Shown here piece after piece: positions 45,439 through 58,110 of a DNA stretch of 64,000 nt (position 1 is its first letter; every line of letters begins with the position of its first letter). This stretch comes from Weissella confusa. Its GTDB lineage: Bacteria > Bacillota > Bacilli > Lactobacillales > Lactobacillaceae. Below the pieces are notes generated by a model. It ran no database searches and was not told the origin of the DNA. It worked only from the letters and a program-made list of their open reading frames with translations. Where the stretch lies: NCBI GenBank assembly GCA_014332815.1, contig JACSZT010000009.1, forward strand, positions 54,156 to 118,155, read 5' to 3'. Position numbers and translations under genes: made by a program.

Positions 45439-46824
45439 CGACTTTGGAACTCATTGGACAACTTGCTAAACTTGGAAGTTGTGCCTGATCGCAACCGTGT
45501 TGCCTTCTTCTTGGGTGTTTACAACCTAGGAAACACGGTAACGCAAGCATTGGCCCCAGTTTTGGCAGCCGTTGTGATTTCATTCTTCGGTTACTCAGCT
45601 ATCTTCATCATGTCATTCATCTTTGCCATGATCGGTCAATTGATTAACTTGATTATGTTGGTGTTCGGTATTGCAATGGGATTCTTGGCTGGACCATTTG
45701 CTGACAAGTTCAAGTTGTTGAAGTTGCCAGTTGGTTTCTCAACAATCTTCTTGGCAATTGGTGCGTTGGCAATGTTCATCTTGCGTAACGACATGGGTAT
45801 CATGATTTACGCCTTGATGGCTGGTTTGGGAATGGCGCCAGAAGTTGAAGAAAAGAAGTCATTGAAGGAAGCTTTGGCTATTTTCCCAGCTTGGCGTGTT
45901 GGTCGTGACTACTACCTGGCCTTGATGGGTAAGTTGTTCCAAGGTGTTGGAAACTTTGCCATCACAGGGTACTTGTTGTACATCATGACGGACTTCATGC
46001 ACAAGGGAACAAGTGCAACGCAATCATCAATTTGTGCCACGGCATCATCAGCTTACGGTGGTTTGGGAATGGCGTTGGGTAACAACGGATTCACAATCTT
46101 TGGAGCCATGATGTTGGGATCATTCCGTTTGGGATTTGTCGTATTCGGAATTATCACATTCATCGGAACGTTGATTGCCGCAGCAATCGTTCGTGAGCCA
46201 TCTAACTTGGATGCCGACGATGAAGCGGTTGACAAGACGAAGTCACGCTTTGGGCGTCGTACACCATGGCTTGTTGGTGGTGCCTTTGCCTTCATGCTAG
46301 CCATGATTGGTTCAGCGTTAGCGCCAAATGTTTGGCTATTGTTGGCCGCTTGGATGTTTGGACAAGTTGCATTGAACTTTATCGTTGCACCTATGGTGGC
46401 TTGGTTGGACATGGCGCCTGAGTCAGGGCCATTGCGCCGATTGGTGCCGGGACTAATTATCGGACCAGCGACTTGGCTTGGCCCATACATCGTAGCGTCA
46501 AGTTTGTTCTTGCCAGCTATGTTGCAACAACTTGATAGTGCGCACAAGGTGCAATTGGTTGCGATGTTTTCAACGCTTGCGATGATTGTCGCAGCGATTT
46601 CAAACATGGTTGCCGGTGCCTTGTCAGTGTCTGACGAAGGTGTTAACGGTGAGCCAGGTGAAATTGGTGGCTTTACAGGATTGTTCAACTTTATTGGATC
46701 AGTCGACGCCCACCAACACGACAGCTTTGCTGATTTTGACTACTACTCAGTAAAAAATAACTAATACAAATCAAATTCGGGGATTCATTACCACGGGGAA
46801 ATTATTATGAACATTAAAGAAATT
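45241..46824 (+). CDS. GPH-family glycoside (xyloside-type) cation symporter, block-permuted
   Basis: ATG 46807 MNIKEI joins to [25 protein letters not shown]...[15 protein letters not shown], then [23 protein letters not shown] (GPH signature region), and so on; C-terminus ...[20 protein letters not shown] at about 45279; terminator AAGACAGCAACTCAGATTTGGGTTGCTGTCTTTTTG at about 45290-45320. Confidence 0.45.
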
Positions 46825-48408
46825 ACACTTGGTACGACGACATTGGGCGTGTTGCAAGCTAAGTTGGGCGAGCGTGTGGAATACGTCTTCAACAAGGTTC
46901 CAATGCCAGAGGGCCACGTTGAATTGCGTATGCATTACGACTTCGGCCGTGCAACAATTTCATACCGTCGCAACGCTAACGAAGAGTGGACGGTATTGGT
47001 AGCTGACATCGACGTTGCTTACAGTCACATGCGTATCTACGGTGGCAACTCATTCTTCTCACAAATGCAACCAAGCATTATGGCAACGCGCGCAACGTCA
47101 TTTGTTTATGATGTTGAGACGGCCGTAACGTTCCAACCAGATCACTATTCAGAAACGGCTGGTTTGGGATTGTACTATGATGCCAACAACTGGTTCTACG
47201 CACGTTTGTACAAGTCAGAGCCGGCTGATGGCTGGTTGCAAATGGCTGACGGTTCAAACTTGGCTAAGATGGAAGTGCCAGGCATGACTGGTGTTGAGTT
47301 TGAGAACACGGCATCTGAAGATATTAATGAAACGTTTGATTCAGAAACGATTGATAATCACTTCATGACGCCTTACCGTGATCAAACGGCGGCTTGGGTA
47401 AACACGACAGAAAACCCATTGTTCTCATTGGGTGATCCAGATGCTGGTCAATTCCAAATGTACAACCCTAACTCAGTGATGCAAAAGGCTGGTCACGGGT
47501 CATTGGTTCAAACACAAACCGGTGAATGGTACATCGCGCACTTGATGTCACGTCCTTTGCCAGACACGACGTTGAACCCATTGGGACGTGAGACGTCATT
47601 GCAAAAGATGGCATGGATGACGCAAGGCTTCACAACACGCGGCGCTGCTGAAGCACCACAAATTTACAAGCGTGATGATTACTACTACTTGTTGATTGCT
47701 GCCGGTGGAACGGGTTACGGTCACGGTGTTGAAATCGGTCGTTCAAAGAACGTCTTCGGCCCATATGAAGCCCACCCATCTGGTGAGCCAATCATTACGT
47801 CTTCACCACAACACCATATTCGCGGTCCTTGGTCAGAGCCAATTTACCTAACGTCAATTGGCTTTGACCCAGCTATCTTCCACGATGAAGATGGGAAGCA
47901 CTACGTTTCAATTTTGGAATGGGAGTCACGTACCGGTTATCAAGCACCAGGTCACATTGTGATTGCAGAAGTCGACCTTGAAAATGGTGGTATCATTGGT
48001 GATTGGCACCGTCTGGCAAATTGGACTTTGATTGACCAAGTGTTGAAAAATGGTGAAATTAACTTGCAAGGAACAAACACACCAGCAGGTATTTGGGCAC
48101 CGCACTTGTCTTATGATGAAGCAACTGGCCGTTACTGGTTGGCATACTCACACATGTTGAACATGGCCGGTCGTGAGTTTAACTCAGACTCATACGCGAT
48201 GTGGGCTACTACTTACATTGTACTCTTGTTAAGTAATAACGAATGAAGAGATGACCCAAAGGGGAATATAAAAATGACAATGATTCAAAATCCAGTAATT
48301 CCAGGAATGGCACCAGATCCATCAATCATCCGCGTGGGCGAGACGTTCTACATTGCAACGTCAACTTTCCACTGGACACCCGGTGTTCAAATTTTCGAGT
48401 CAACTGAC
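46627..48408 (+). CDS. xynB: GH43 beta-xylosidase / alpha-L-arabinofuranosidase (XynB-like), block-permuted
   Basis: ATG about 48274 [45 protein letters not shown] joins to ...[11 protein letters not shown]...[23 protein letters not shown], and so on; the C-terminal beta-sandwich ...[22 protein letters not shown]...HMRIYGG joins across 47022/46627 to [41 protein letters not shown] (46764). Confidence 0.65.
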
Positions 48409-49398
48409 CCCAGGTTCATCCATTTTTGAATAGTAAAAGCGGACCCCAACATCAGGGTTGTGTTGGACAGTCTCGTGATAAGTCTTTTTTGTCATAACCC
48501 TATTATCACCGATCAATAACACAAAAACAGGTCAAAAAGGTTACAATTCTCACTTTTGAGAGGTATCTTTTTAACCAACGCTCGGAAATGTATTGTCAAT
48601 GTATCCCTTCTTAATAAAGTCTATAGGAATCTGGAGAACGTAAGCTTCGTTTGGCGTATTACTGACAGCGTGAATTGCCCCAGATGGGACAACGATAAAT
48701 TGCCCGTCAGAGATTTGGGTCATCGCATGGTTCAACGTAAACGTTAGCTCACCGTGAATCACATAAATAATTTCTAAACTGCGGTGCCAGTGAAAAGGCA
48801 CCAATGGTGTCGTGACAGGGGCTGAAAACGTTGTAAATAACGCAAACAACATCTGTAAAATTGTTGCCTGAAAAATAAAGGGGTAACCTGGAATCTTTGT
48901 GTCATAGATATCACCTAAGACTGGAAAGTAGTCGGCAATTTTTTGATAATCAGAATCAGTTAAATCGAGATTGAAGGTTGTGTTTTCCGGATCGGGCCAG
49001 TATAAGTCTTGATAGAAGTGGGTGAGACGAACCTGGTAGATGTATTGCACCGGTGATAAGGCAATTTCTTGCTTAAATAATCGGCTCAAATAATTTGGAT
49101 TATATGAAAACATGTCTGCAAGTTCGCTGATTGGTAGCTGTTCGGCGTAGTGGTCATTAATATAACCGAGGACTTCCTTGAGATGATCTGTTTTTGTTTC
49201 GAGCAAGCTATGCTGGCATTCAATGCTATATAAAGGCCAGTTGAGAACAATCTGACCTTGATTTTAAAGTTCGCTATGTTGCTTGCGAGCCTGGAGCGGT
49301 GTTGTCCCATACGCTGCTTTGAAGTATTGCATGGCCAGACGTTTATTAGTTAGCCCGTTTTTCGTTAATAGTTCCTTGACGGGTTCGTCGGTTTGTAA
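48409..49398 (-). CDS. AraC-family transcriptional regulator (cupin N-domain plus C-terminal HTH), block-permuted
   Basis: The - strand start MDEP.. at about 48425 joins to [49 protein letters not shown] (cupin); HTH ...[40 protein letters not shown] at about 49100-49206; C-terminus ...[25 protein letters not shown] at about 49265. Confidence 0.55.
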
Positions 49399-51378
49399 TC
49401 AGGCCACCGCCGACAATATGAGCTGACTTCTTATCGGCATCAGCCGGCTTACGTGGGTGAGCAAATGCTTCATAGTTACCATTTGAATATCGCATATGTA
49501 TCCTCCATAAATTTCACTTTCCATGCAATGTGTTGTATGCAGTCAGTGTACGGAAACGTCATAACGTTTCCATAACTTATCGGGGAAAGTTGTATGGTGG
49601 AATTGAACGATACATGTCCCACATCGTTTCGAAGTGATTTTCCATTTCACGACCACCACGAATGACAAAGCCTACGTTCGGACGGTTGTCACCATCGAGC
49701 GATCCACCGGGGATGGGGAGCTCTTCGTAGATGTGAATTTGACGGCCAGGTACTTGGGCATCACGGACTAAAAAGACCGCTGTAGCTAAACCAGTTGTTT
49801 GACGTCCTAATTTTGATTCAGGTGTCATGACAAGCTTCACGAGTTCCATCGCCTTGTCATCAAGTTCGTACTTGCCATCAGTTGGGACGCGCTGTCCGCG
49901 CTTGTAAATGAGGCGTGTGTTAGATGAATTTGGATCATCTTGGTCCAGCCAATAAAACTCATCCAAGTAGGAAGCACCTTCGATTTCCAAAGCCAAAACC
50001 ATTGAATCATACTGGTTATACTTGTTGAACTTTAGTGCGGTAAAGTCAGGCAACCCATCAATGTGATGAATGAATCGCATTGCATAACGACGCATCTCAA
50101 CCGCTGAATGCCATTTTTCAAAGGCAAACATGGTTGCCCAGTAACTCCAAAAATTACTCTCGAAAAAATCAGGTGTGAAGAAATCTTCAACTGAGCTCTC
50201 GGTGATTGAACCGTTTGTGACAAAGACCAAATCGTCAGCTGTCAAAGGAATGGCTTGCTCCGTGCCGTCAATTGTCACCACAAGTTCTGTAGCCGTCTTT
50301 TTGTCTGCTTGCACATCGACAACGACATTCGTCACTTGGGCGTTGTAGACGAAGTTCACATCGTGTGATTCCAAGTACTTGATGATTGATCGTTCAATGT
50401 ACGGTTCGATTTCAGGCACCTTGATAGTGGCCGTCGCCGAGATGAACCAACTGCGGTCGGGCAGATTCTCACAAAAGACTTCAGGATGGCCGAATTCATC
50501 AGACTGGGCAGCTAGGTTTTGCCACAAGCGCCAGCTACCACCAAGCTCTTTCGATACGGGTGCTGCTTGATGGTGTGAACCATAAGCTTCCACGATTGTC
50601 TTATCAACATAGTTCCCCTTAGTGTCAGAGTACAAACCGTAAATCCAAACGACCGTCTCGTTTTCTTTTTGCGTTTTAAAATGAGGCTGACGATGAATCG
50701 TGAAACTCATCATCCAGTTTGAATCAGTGATGGTGATAATGCCGCCGGTGTTGACCTTGTGATCATGGAGACTGCGGTTTGTGAGAATGAAAGCTAGATT
50801 TTCTGAATCGTTAGGTACAACGGCTGGGCGATCGCCAGCCTCACGTGGCATGAAGTATGACGTGATGAACGGCATGTATACCGGTACGGTGTTCACGTTT
50901 TCTTGCTTAGCGAGTTCTTTGATTTTTACTTCGGGAACGCCAAGGTGGTAGAGCAACTCTTGCGTGATTTCCTCACCAGTTGGATCCATCTCATCGAGCT
51001 TCTTTTTGTCTGACATGTAGTAGAAGGCTTTCAGTAGTTCGCGGATATCGAATACTGAACCGTACACTTCAGGCACCGCACGGTCGACGTCCATTAATGT
51101 ATAAACGGCTTCCATCGCAGTGCGAATTGAGTATTCGGTCGTAAAGACGGTGTCGCGGCTAGGCGATTCAGCAAAGTTACTGATGGTGGTCAACCATTGT
51201 ACCCAATCTTGATGTCAGTCGAATAATAGAGTAAATACGAAAGCGCCAACACGCTCGGAATTTCCGAATGTGTTGGCGCTTTTTGATTACAGTAGATGTT
51301 GTTCCTTCAGCAACTCTTCAATCCAAGTGCCCTTAATTTTCTTGTTGAGCGCAAGTTTAACGAGCTTCGGCATGTGCA
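49399..51378 (-). CDS. ohyA: Oleate hydratase (myosin cross-reactive antigen family, FAD-dependent), block-permuted
   Basis: The - strand RBS GGAGGATACAT plus ATG about 49495, [32 protein letters not shown], joins to [63 protein letters not shown]...; C-terminus ...[36 protein letters not shown] at about 51282; shared terminator AAAGCGCCAACACGCTCGGAATTTCCGAATGTGTTGGCGCTTTTT (51240-51285) with convergent yloV. Confidence 0.7.
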
Positions 51379-53160
51379 GTTGTTTGACGGTGAAATCGTC
51401 GTTTCAGTACCAAATGCCGACATCCACCAAGCTGCAGTAGAATTGCTAGGCAAGATGATTGACGAAGATTCAGAACTTGTGACGGTGTACTACGGTCAAG
51501 AGTCATCTGAAGACGATGCTAATAAGCTTGAAGAAGCTGGTTTGGCTATCGACGAAGATTTGGAATTCGAGATTCAAGTTAAGGTTGTACGCACGCGTAC
51601 AGTCCAACAAGGTTTGACAGCGCTTGTTTTGGGTTACAACCCTGAAGGAACGCTTGAAGATAACGCTGAAGCAATGACGGCTGCTTTGGGTGATGTGAAG
51701 TCTGGTGCTGTAACGACGTCTGTACGTGACACGACGTTGAACGGCTTGGAGATTCACTCAGGTGACGCAATTGGTACGGCTACTGGTGAAGGAATCAAGG
51801 AATTGTTTGCTTCATCAGGTGCAACGGTTGTTATTGATGCCGAGCAAGCACCATCTACACAAGATTTGGTGAATGCCGTTAAGGAAAGTGGCGCTAAGGA
51901 AGCGTTGATTTTGCCTAACGACAGCAACATCTTTATGGCCGCTGACCAAGCAGTTGAAATTGCTGATGTGCCCGTCGTAAAGGTGCACGTGCACACTGAA
52001 GACCCAGGTGAAGTTATCAACTGGGGAACGCACTTCGGTTCATTGCGTAAGGTTAAGGTTGATAACATGCGTGATCAACAAGCTGAAGCTGCTGCCGCGG
52101 CTGAAGCACAAAAGGAAGCTGAAGCTAAGGCCGAAGCTGAAAAGCCTGCAGTTGATTTGGCAGTTATCACTGATGCGATGGTGATGTCTTTGCACAACGC
52201 CGGTGTTCAAGGTGACTTGAACCCTGAAGATATCCAATTCGGATACTGCACGGAAATCATGGTTGATATTGCAAAGGGAACGACTTACGATCAAGAATTT
52301 GATTACGACAAGTTCTACGAGCACTTGGCAGCCATGGGTGACTCATTGTTGGTTATCAACGATGATGACGATGACGCAGTTGTTGTCATGAAGGAAACTT
52401 TGGATGCGGCTGAAAAGGCTTTGGCATCTACGCCTGACTTGTTGCCTGTTTTGAAGGAAGTCGGTGTTGTTGACTCAGGTGGTCAAGGACTTGTTATCGT
52501 TTTGGAAGCTTTCTACGCTGTTTTGTCTGGTGAAGAAATCACGACTGAAATTGATAACGCTGCTTTTGTTATCTTGTCACAAATCTTCCGTGGATTTGCG
52601 GCTAAGATTGCCGACAAGGAGACGTTGTCAGCCCGTGACTTGGCTGATGCCTTGATGGGTGGTGCTGAGACGGCTTATAAGGCTGTTATGAAGCCAACTG
52701 AAGGAACTATCCTAACAGTTATCCGCGAAGCCGCAGCAGCCGCTAACCGTACGGCAAAGGAGTCAGATGCGCTGAAGAATAACGCGGAAAAGATTAATAA
52801 ATTGAATGTGTTCCCAGTGCCAGATGGTGACACGGGAACGAACATGACGTTGTCAATGGCAAGCGGTGCTGAGTACGAGCGTAACGAAACGGATACGCAC
52901 TTGGGCGCTTTGGCACAAGCAACGTCAAAGGGCTTGCTAATGGGAGCTCGTGGTAACTCAGGCATTTCAAAGAGCGTCCAAGCTCGTGTAAAAAACGATT
53001 TGAATGTCATGCTTGGTATTGTTGCTAGCGAAGTTAATGTAACGGTACAAGGTGTGCGCATGCTAGGAGACTAAAAACCTAGTTATAAGGAGTTGAGAAA
53101 AGTGGAAGTTGTAACGACTATTACCAACGTTGAATTTGGTAAGATGATCAACGCGGCAGC
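51181..53160 (+). CDS. yloV: DAK2-domain fusion protein YloV (Dak phosphatase / DegV-like), block-permuted
   Basis: AAGGAG RBS plus GTG 53093, [22 protein letters not shown], joins across 53160/52765 to ?[66 protein letters not shown], then [18 protein letters not shown]...[21 protein letters not shown]. This is collinear with B. subtilis YloV. C-terminus ...[27 protein letters not shown] at about 51226. Confidence 0.65.
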
Positions 53161-53556
53161 TATTGCGACAATCGTTGGGGGCGCAGCTACTGACAACTAT
53201 GGTGTTGTTGGTATGGCCAGCCAAAACCCACTACGCGATGGTGTTAACCAAATTTTGAATGGCGACAACTTTTCAAAGGGTGTCGTTGTTCGTCAACAAG
53301 ATAATGGCGTTGTTGTCGACGTCCACATCATTGTTGGGTACGGTATGAAAATTTCTGAGTTTAATAGATAAAGCTACCGTTTACGGTGGCTTTTTTCTTT
53401 ATACACGGTATTTGTTCAGGGTATAACGAAATTGGCTATAAGGACCTATTTCTACGCTACGATATGGTAGAATAGATATAGTTTTATACGGAGGTCATAC
53501 AAGATGGCAGTTAAGATTCAAACAACGCAAGGTGCAATTGAAATCGAAAACGAGGT
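52963..53556 (+). CDS. Asp23 / alkaline-shock family protein (YloU-like), block-permuted
   Basis: GGAGG RBS plus ATG about 53504, [19 protein letters not shown], joins to (A)[63 protein letters not shown], then to .[36 protein letters not shown] (about 53074). This is collinear with B. subtilis YloU. Confidence 0.6.
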
Positions 53557-53754
53557 CATATGGCAGTTGATGCAGTCAACGGAAAGCGTACTCGCTTCGG
53601 TAACCAACGTTCACACGCCCTTAACTCAAGCCGTCGTAGCTGGAAGCCAAACTTGCAAAAGGTGACGGTTAAGATTAACGGTTCAGCACCTAAGAAGGTG
53701 TACTTGTCAGCTCGTACTTTGAAGGCTGGTTTGAAGAACGGTTCAATTGAGCGT
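53359..53754 (+). CDS. rpmB: 50S ribosomal protein L28, block-permuted (start piece plus 2-codon tail), followed by terminator
   Basis: ATG 53560 [65 protein letters not shown] joins across 53754/53359 to V* ; terminator AAAGCTACCGTTTACGGTGGCTTTTTTC at 53372-53400. Confidence 0.6.
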
Positions 53755-54744
53755 GAGTCGGGGATGGTTGCGGTCATTGAAAGTCGGGACCTAACTGGTC
53801 AAACGGGCGATTAATTCGCAATTCCGACACAGTTTAATCGTGTAAAGTAAAAATACTTTACACAAAACCCTTGCACATCGAGTAAGGGTTTGATATTATT
53901 ATTCAAGTAAATAAAAGCACTGAATTAAAAGAGCTTAAGATTGGAGGGTAAACATCGTGTGTCGTTCTATTTACCTGGCACACACGCGATTACGCACACG
54001 CCGGGCATGAATTATTTAGGATTCATGCCACTAACACCGGTTACAGGCTTGACTTTGATCGATGAAAAGTACAAACTAACTAACTGGCAAGGCAATCCAT
54101 TCTCGTTCTCATCGAATGAATTTGACGGCGACGTTAATCATTTTTCATTTTTGAGTGCCAAGCCGGAAAAGGATGAGACGGACACGGAATTGCTGTTAGA
54201 TATCGTTGAACGAGAGCTACAACCTGACCTGATTGAAATATATGGGGCAACAGGTGGTCGTATCGATCAATTGCTATCTAATATTTGGATTTTTACGCAA
54301 CCGCGTTTTCAACAGCTAGCAACGAAAGTTATCCTGATTGATCGCACACGCCTACTAGTCGGTGGTCCTATCTCGGAATGGCCGGAAGAACTTGCAAAGG
54401 GGACGCTAGCCGGTCCATGGGCGGCTGCTGATCGTGGCGCACATCGTTTGTTAGCCTTAGGTCACGTGCCAGTCCTGACCGTTGGTGATTTTGACTCGAT
54501 GACACCAAGCGAACGTGAACAAACGTTGGCTCAGTTACCTCGAGTCGTTGGCTGAAATCAAGCGCGAAAAGGGCTATGACTACGACATCGAGATCGATGG
54601 TGGTGCAAACGACGAAACGACTAAGTTGGCCTACGAAGCTGGGGCAACGGTTGCGGTCGCTGGTTCATATGTCTTCGATAAGGTTGACCCAGCAGCTAAG
54701 ATTGCTCGTTTGAAGGAAGTGACGTCAGACTAATGGAACGCTTG
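53755..54744 (+). CDS. thiN: Thiamine pyrophosphokinase, block-permuted
   Basis: ATG about 54724 [11 protein letters not shown]...; N-terminal region ...[45 protein letters not shown] at about 54400-54540; C-terminus ...[26 protein letters not shown] at about 53814. Confidence 0.5.
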
Positions 54745-55338
54745 AGCAACGCCACACATTCACCGTGCTTTGCAACAAATCAAGAACCACGGTATCAAGG
54801 CTGAAGTTGTTATCAACCCTGGTACGTCAGTGGCTGCTATCGAACCTGTTTTGCACATGGTTGACCAAGTGTTGGTCATGACGGTTAACCCTGGTTTCGG
54901 TGGACAAAAGTTCTTGCCTGAAACGTTGGAGAAGATTGCTCGCGCAGGAGCAGAATTTGTTCACATCGATGTTATGGATGGTATGTTTGTACCATCAATT
55001 TCTTACGGTCCAGCCTGGGTTAAGGCCTTGCGCCCAGTAACTGACATGGTCTTGGACGTTCACTTGATGGTTGAACAACCAGAACGCTACATTGACGTTT
55101 TTGCTGAAGCTGGTTCAGATATTATCGGTGTGCACTACGAAGGTCAAATCATGCAATCACGTTACGACAACTACAAGTTGTTTTACGATTTGATTGAGGG
55201 TCGCCGCCCGGTTTATAATAAACACGATAAGAAGCACTAGAAAAATACGAGGTTTTTTGAGATGACGATTAAGGTAGCACCATCAATTTTGTCTGCAGAT
55301 TACATCAATTTGCAAAAGGACATCGAGTTGATTGAATC
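54547..55338 (+). CDS. rpe: Ribulose-phosphate 3-epimerase, block-permuted
   Basis: ATG 55262 [25 protein letters not shown] joins to ..[63 protein letters not shown], then ...[43 protein letters not shown]; C-terminus ...[49 protein letters not shown] at about 54730. Confidence 0.7.
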
Positions 55339-56328
55339 GCAGGTTGGCTTGATTAAGCTGTTTGGCGGTTTTGTGGCCGATACCCCAGGATTCTCAGCGT
55401 TTGAAGTATTCGACATGGAAGCACGTGATTTGACACGTTACTTCCGCGAATTTAACGAATTATCACCAAACTGCCGCTTCCGAGGATGTGTTCACTTGAA
55501 CGAACCCGGTTGCGCAGTGAAGGAAGCGTTGGCCGCACAAGTTATTTTGCCAGAAAAGGCCTTTGACGAGCCAAGTTTGACGGCTGTTAAAGACATGCTG
55601 AGCGATAAGTTGTCAGTTGTTATGGGACAAACTGGTGCGGGTAAAAGTACGTTGCTTAACCACATCGCACCGGAATTGGACCTGGCAACAGGTGAAGTTT
55701 CACAAGCGTTGAGTCGTGGACGTCACACGACCCGAGCTAACGTTGATCAAGCAATTGTTGTGACGGCGGTTAAGATGCCAGATTGGTCAAGCAATTTGCT
55801 TGATCGTCAATTGGTCGCACTTGAAGAAAAGGATATTGAACCGGTTATTTATTTCACGAAGACCGACTTGCTTAATGAGCAAGAAATGGCTGAAATGGTG
55901 ACGGTTGCCGATGGTTATCGCCAAGCTGGATAACAATTAGCGTTGGCAGGCTTTTATGACGTGTTAACTGATGACGGAGAATTATTCCGCACACGCGCAC
56001 GTGGTAATTTCCGCAAGCGTGACATGAAGCCTTTGGTTGGCGACTGGGTAACCTTTAGTGCCGATAGCCAATCTGAAGGATATATTTTGGATATTGATGA
56101 GCGTGATAACAGTTTGGTACGCCCACCGGTACATCATCGTCTTCATCAAGTTCGTCATCTTCATCAAGTAGCAATTCAAGTTCGTCGAGCGCAAACAGCA
56201 CGGCAACTGAATCTTCTACTCATCAATAAGATTAGATAAAGCAGAGTGGGAATGTCGGAGGTTTTAGACCAACACCTGCTGTGACAAAAATAAATAGGAG
56301 AGTAAATGGCAAATTATCATGGACAAAT
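55141..56328 (+). CDS. rsgA: Ribosome small-subunit biogenesis GTPase RsgA, block-permuted
   Basis: AGGAGAG RBS plus ATG about 56306, MANYHGQI, joins across 56328/55933 to [41 protein letters not shown] (OB fold); ...[12 protein letters not shown]...; ...[40 protein letters not shown]; zinc finger [20 protein letters not shown] joins to [32 protein letters not shown] (about 55240). One junction (55932/55537) reads TAA under strict 198-nt periodicity and is unresolved. Confidence 0.6.
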
Positions 56329-58110
56329 AGTGGAACCGTTGATGCTTGGGCACATGAAAACGGCATCAGTGTCACGTATAATGAAATTTACTCAGATAGT
56401 ATGAGTAAGGATCAAATCGTGGCCCAATCGATTACGCCGGGCACGAAGATTACGTCTAACGAGATGTTGTTGATTTATATTTCGAAGGGACAGAACCCTG
56501 ATGCTGTGTCATCAAGTTCGTCATCTGCGGTTGCTGAAAACCTAAAGAACAAAGGCTACACAGTTGAACAGACTGAGGTCGCCGATGATACGATTCCGGC
56601 AGGTTACATCGTATCGCAAAATATTGATGCTGAAGATAAGGTTGTACCATCAAAGACAACCGTTAAATTCAAGGTATCAACTGGCGTAAGCCGATACACA
56701 GTACCTGACTTCAGTGGTAAGACATAGCAAACGCTCAAGGACAATAATTTGAAACTTGGTGACGTGACAACAACAAACTCAGCGACGATTGCCCGTGGTA
56801 AAGTTGTGCGATCAACGCCTGCAGCCGATAAGACAGTAGAGGCAGGCAAGAAGGTTGATTTGGTCGTTTCCAAGGGTGTCGCGAAGGTGCGCTTTGGTGA
56901 TTATGTCAACGAGAAGTACACACAAGACCAGTTGGCTGACAAGGTTGCACCGTTGAACGATGCTACAGTCACGTCAAAAAAGAAGCGTTCGCCATGGCGC
57001 TTTGTCTGGCTTGTGCTTGGCTTTGTTGTGGCGATGGTCGTTGGTTTTGCAATTTATGGGGCAATGCAACCAAGTAAAGTCCACGTGCCAAATCTGCGTG
57101 GCTTAACGCAAGCTGCTGCCCCCAAGAATCCATTGAGCCGTTATACGTCTGCAACTGAGATGGCAGGTGATTTGGCGACAGCACTATCACCTAATCGCGT
57201 AGATGAAGAACGCTGGGTCGATCCAAATGAAGATGCGGCTGATGGTGCAACAAAGGTAGTGCCGTTAGCACAAATTCAAGATATGGCGGCTAAGCGTCCA
57301 AAGACAACTTCTGAAACCCGTGATATTGCAACTGTTCGAAGTGACATTTATTCACTTGGTATTATGTTGTACGAAATGCTAACTGGTCATGTGCCATTTG
57401 ACGGTGAAACGGCGGTGGCAGTCGCTGTTAAGCACACGCAGGATCCGATGCCTTCGATTCGAGACTTTGACCCACGTATGCCACAAGCGCTTGAAAATGT
57501 GATTCTTAAGGCAACGCTCTTATCAGGTGTTGCTGAAGCGCATAAAAACGGCATCGTGCACCGTGACTTGAAGCCACAAAACATCCTGATTGATTTAAAT
57601 GGTCAAGCAAAGATTACTGACTTTGGCATTGCTCGTGCACAGACGTCATTTGGTATGACGCAGACGAATACGGCAATTGGATCGGTTCACTACATGGCAC
57701 CCGAACAAGTGAAGTTGCGTCGTCGCTTTGAAAATGAAATTTCAGCGACAACTGCTTTAGTGCATCCAAATATCATTCAAGTGTATGATTACGGTGAAGA
57801 TGGTGGTTCACAATATCTGGTAACTGAATATGTTGAAGGCATGGACTTGAAGCGATACATTGCTGAACGTCAGCCGATTCCAGTGACACGCGTCATTGAA
57901 ATTATGAGTGACCTGTCACAGTCTTGATCGGCCGACAAGAAAGTGAGGCACGCTAACATGGAAATGAATCAAATGATTGGCGGGCGTTACCGAATTGTCG
58001 AACCATTAGGCGAAGGTGGCATGGCGAATGTTTATCGCGCCCATGACATTATTCTTGATCGTGATGTGTCAATTAAATTGATGCGTCTTGATATGCGTGA
58101 TAACCAGGCA
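56131..58110 (+). CDS. pknB: Eukaryotic-type Ser/Thr protein kinase with PASTA repeats (PknB/StkP), block-permuted
   Basis: ATG 57958, overlapping the prpC stop (TAACATG), [49 protein letters not shown]; catalytic loop [33 protein letters not shown]; TM segment [22 protein letters not shown]; PASTA pieces at 56330-56920; Ser-rich C-terminus ...[31 protein letters not shown] at about 56235. Confidence 0.7.

Noticed and set aside
53093-53371. Apparently complete 92-aa Asp23-like ORF in native N-to-C order across a piece boundary, which seemed to contradict the block-reversal model
   Set aside because: The first 22 aa ([22 protein letters not shown]) are the YloV N-terminus, which by chance resembles an Asp23 N-terminus. 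The real Asp23 start is at about 53504 and its C-terminus at 52963-53074. Both genes rebuild collinearly with B. subtilis YloU and YloV under reversal.
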